64,000 bases of DNA from an uncultured Chloroflexia bacterium. GTDB lineage: Bacteria; Chloroflexota; Limnocylindria; Limnocylindrales; CSP1-4. The stretch covers positions 74,853 through 138,852 of the forward strand of contig CAWGQH010000014.1 of NCBI GenBank assembly GCA_963824735.1, read 5' to 3'. Positions 63,326-64,000 of this stretch are shown piece after piece. Both the position numbers and the translations under genes were made by a program. The stretch's first letter is position 1; every line of letters starts with the position of its first letter. The notes beneath the pieces are model-generated. The model ran no database searches and was not told the DNA's origin. It worked only from the letters and a program-made list of their open reading frames with translations.

Positions 63326-64000
63326 TCAGCCCAGGTCGATGAAGATGCTCTTGGTCTCCGTGTAGAGGTCGAGCGCGTGCATCCCGAGCTCGCGGCCGAT
63401 CCCCGACAGCTTGTAGCCGCCCATCGGCGCCTCGACGTGGACGGCCTCGTTCGAGTTGATGCTCAGCGTTCCGGAGCGGATGCCCTTCGCGGTCCGCAGC
63501 GCCCGCCCGATGTCGCGGCTCCAGACCGAGCCCGACAGGCCGTACGGCGTCGCGTTGGCCAGGCGGATCGCCTCGTCCTCGGTGTCGAAGGCGAGGACCG
63601 ACACGACCGGACCGAAGATCTCCTCGCGCGCGACGCGCATCTCGGGCGCGACCGCGTCGAGGATGGTCGGCAGGTAGTAGGCGCCGTCCGCCAGCGCACC
63701 ATCATCTGGTGCCCGGCCGCCGGTGACGACCGTGGCGCCTTCGGAGCGTGCCGAATCGACGTACTCGGTGACGCGCTCGCGCTGCTTGGTGCTCACCAGC
63801 GACCCGACCTGGGTCGCGTCCTCGGTCGGATCGCCGACGACGAGGGCCTCGGTCGCGGCCGTGAGCAGCTCGACGACCCGGTCGTGGACCGAGCGCTCGA
63901 CGATGATCCGGCTGCGCGCCGTGCAGTCCTGGCCGCAGTTCCCGAACACCGCCGGTGCGGCCTCACGGGCGAACTTCTCGAGATCGGCGTCCGCGAAGAC
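63326..64000 (-). CDS. aldehyde dehydrogenase (C-terminal part; gene continues beyond the window end)
   Basis: FGNCGQDCTA catalytic-Cys motif and EEIFGPV motif. The reading frame is open to position 64000. Confidence 0.85.
   Translation of the reverse strand, partial: VFADADLEKFAREAAPAVFGNCGQDCTARSRIIVERSVHDRVVELLTAATEALVVGDPTEDATQVGSLVSTKQRERVTEYVDSARSEGATVVTGGRAPDDGALADGAYYLPTILDAVAPEMRVAREEIFGPVVSVLAFDTEDEAIRLANATPYGLSGSVWSRDIGRALRTAKGIRSGTLSINSNEAVHVEAPMGGYKLSGIGRELGMHALDLYTETKSIFIDLG

Noticed and set aside
1-64000. Mobile elements, prophage, integrases, toxin or defence systems, and secondary-metabolite clusters.
   Set aside because: I saw no transposase, integrase, recombinase, nuclease-helicase, restriction-modification, Cas, PKS/NRPS or phage structural signatures in any frame. 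The window reads as ordinary chromosomal backbone apart from the items listed in the findings.

Overview
64-kb window of a very GC-rich bacterial chromosome. Gene content looks Actinomycetota- or Chloroflexota-like (F420-type LLM oxidoreductases, CysO/CysM/Mec, phosphoketolase), with strong GGAGG ribosome-binding sites and many 4-nt start/stop overlaps. It holds about 60 tightly packed genes, mostly core and peripheral metabolism. They include: lysine 2,3-aminomutase; pabB-pabC; an Rrf2-sufC-sufS ... sufU Fe-S locus joined to a rhodanese-E1/cysO/cysM/mec cysteine locus; ribokinase-ackA-phosphoketolase; an ECF transporter with a nucleoside hydrolase; purK-purE; a 1498-aa GH38 mannosidase with a sugar ABC importer; and several proteases (S41, S58, S8, two HtrA-like). 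I saw no rRNA, tRNA, CRISPR, IS/transposase, integrase, phage or recognisable defence genes. Four points stand out. (1) Three copies of an unrecognised 117-nt intergenic element, each built from four TCCGA-AA-TCGGA palindromes at invariant 46/13/46 spacing, with non-conserved but internally complementary spacers; two of the three lie in the sulfur/Fe-S loci. (2) The sulfur-trafficking supercluster is unusually organised: no sufB/sufD, sufU displaced, and the rhodanese N-terminal to the E1 domain. (3) At least six well-conserved genes (pduO-type adenosyltransferase, BNR protein, ackA, fused ecfA, purK, purE) are interrupted by single frame disruptions. This more likely reflects consensus indel errors than real decay, and it limits confidence in every hypothetical ORF call. 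(4) A strongly structured non-coding leader lies upstream of kamA, and an AT-richer divergent region carries GGCCAAAT repeats upstream of sufU. All family calls come from motif and sequence recognition by eye; no database search was run.
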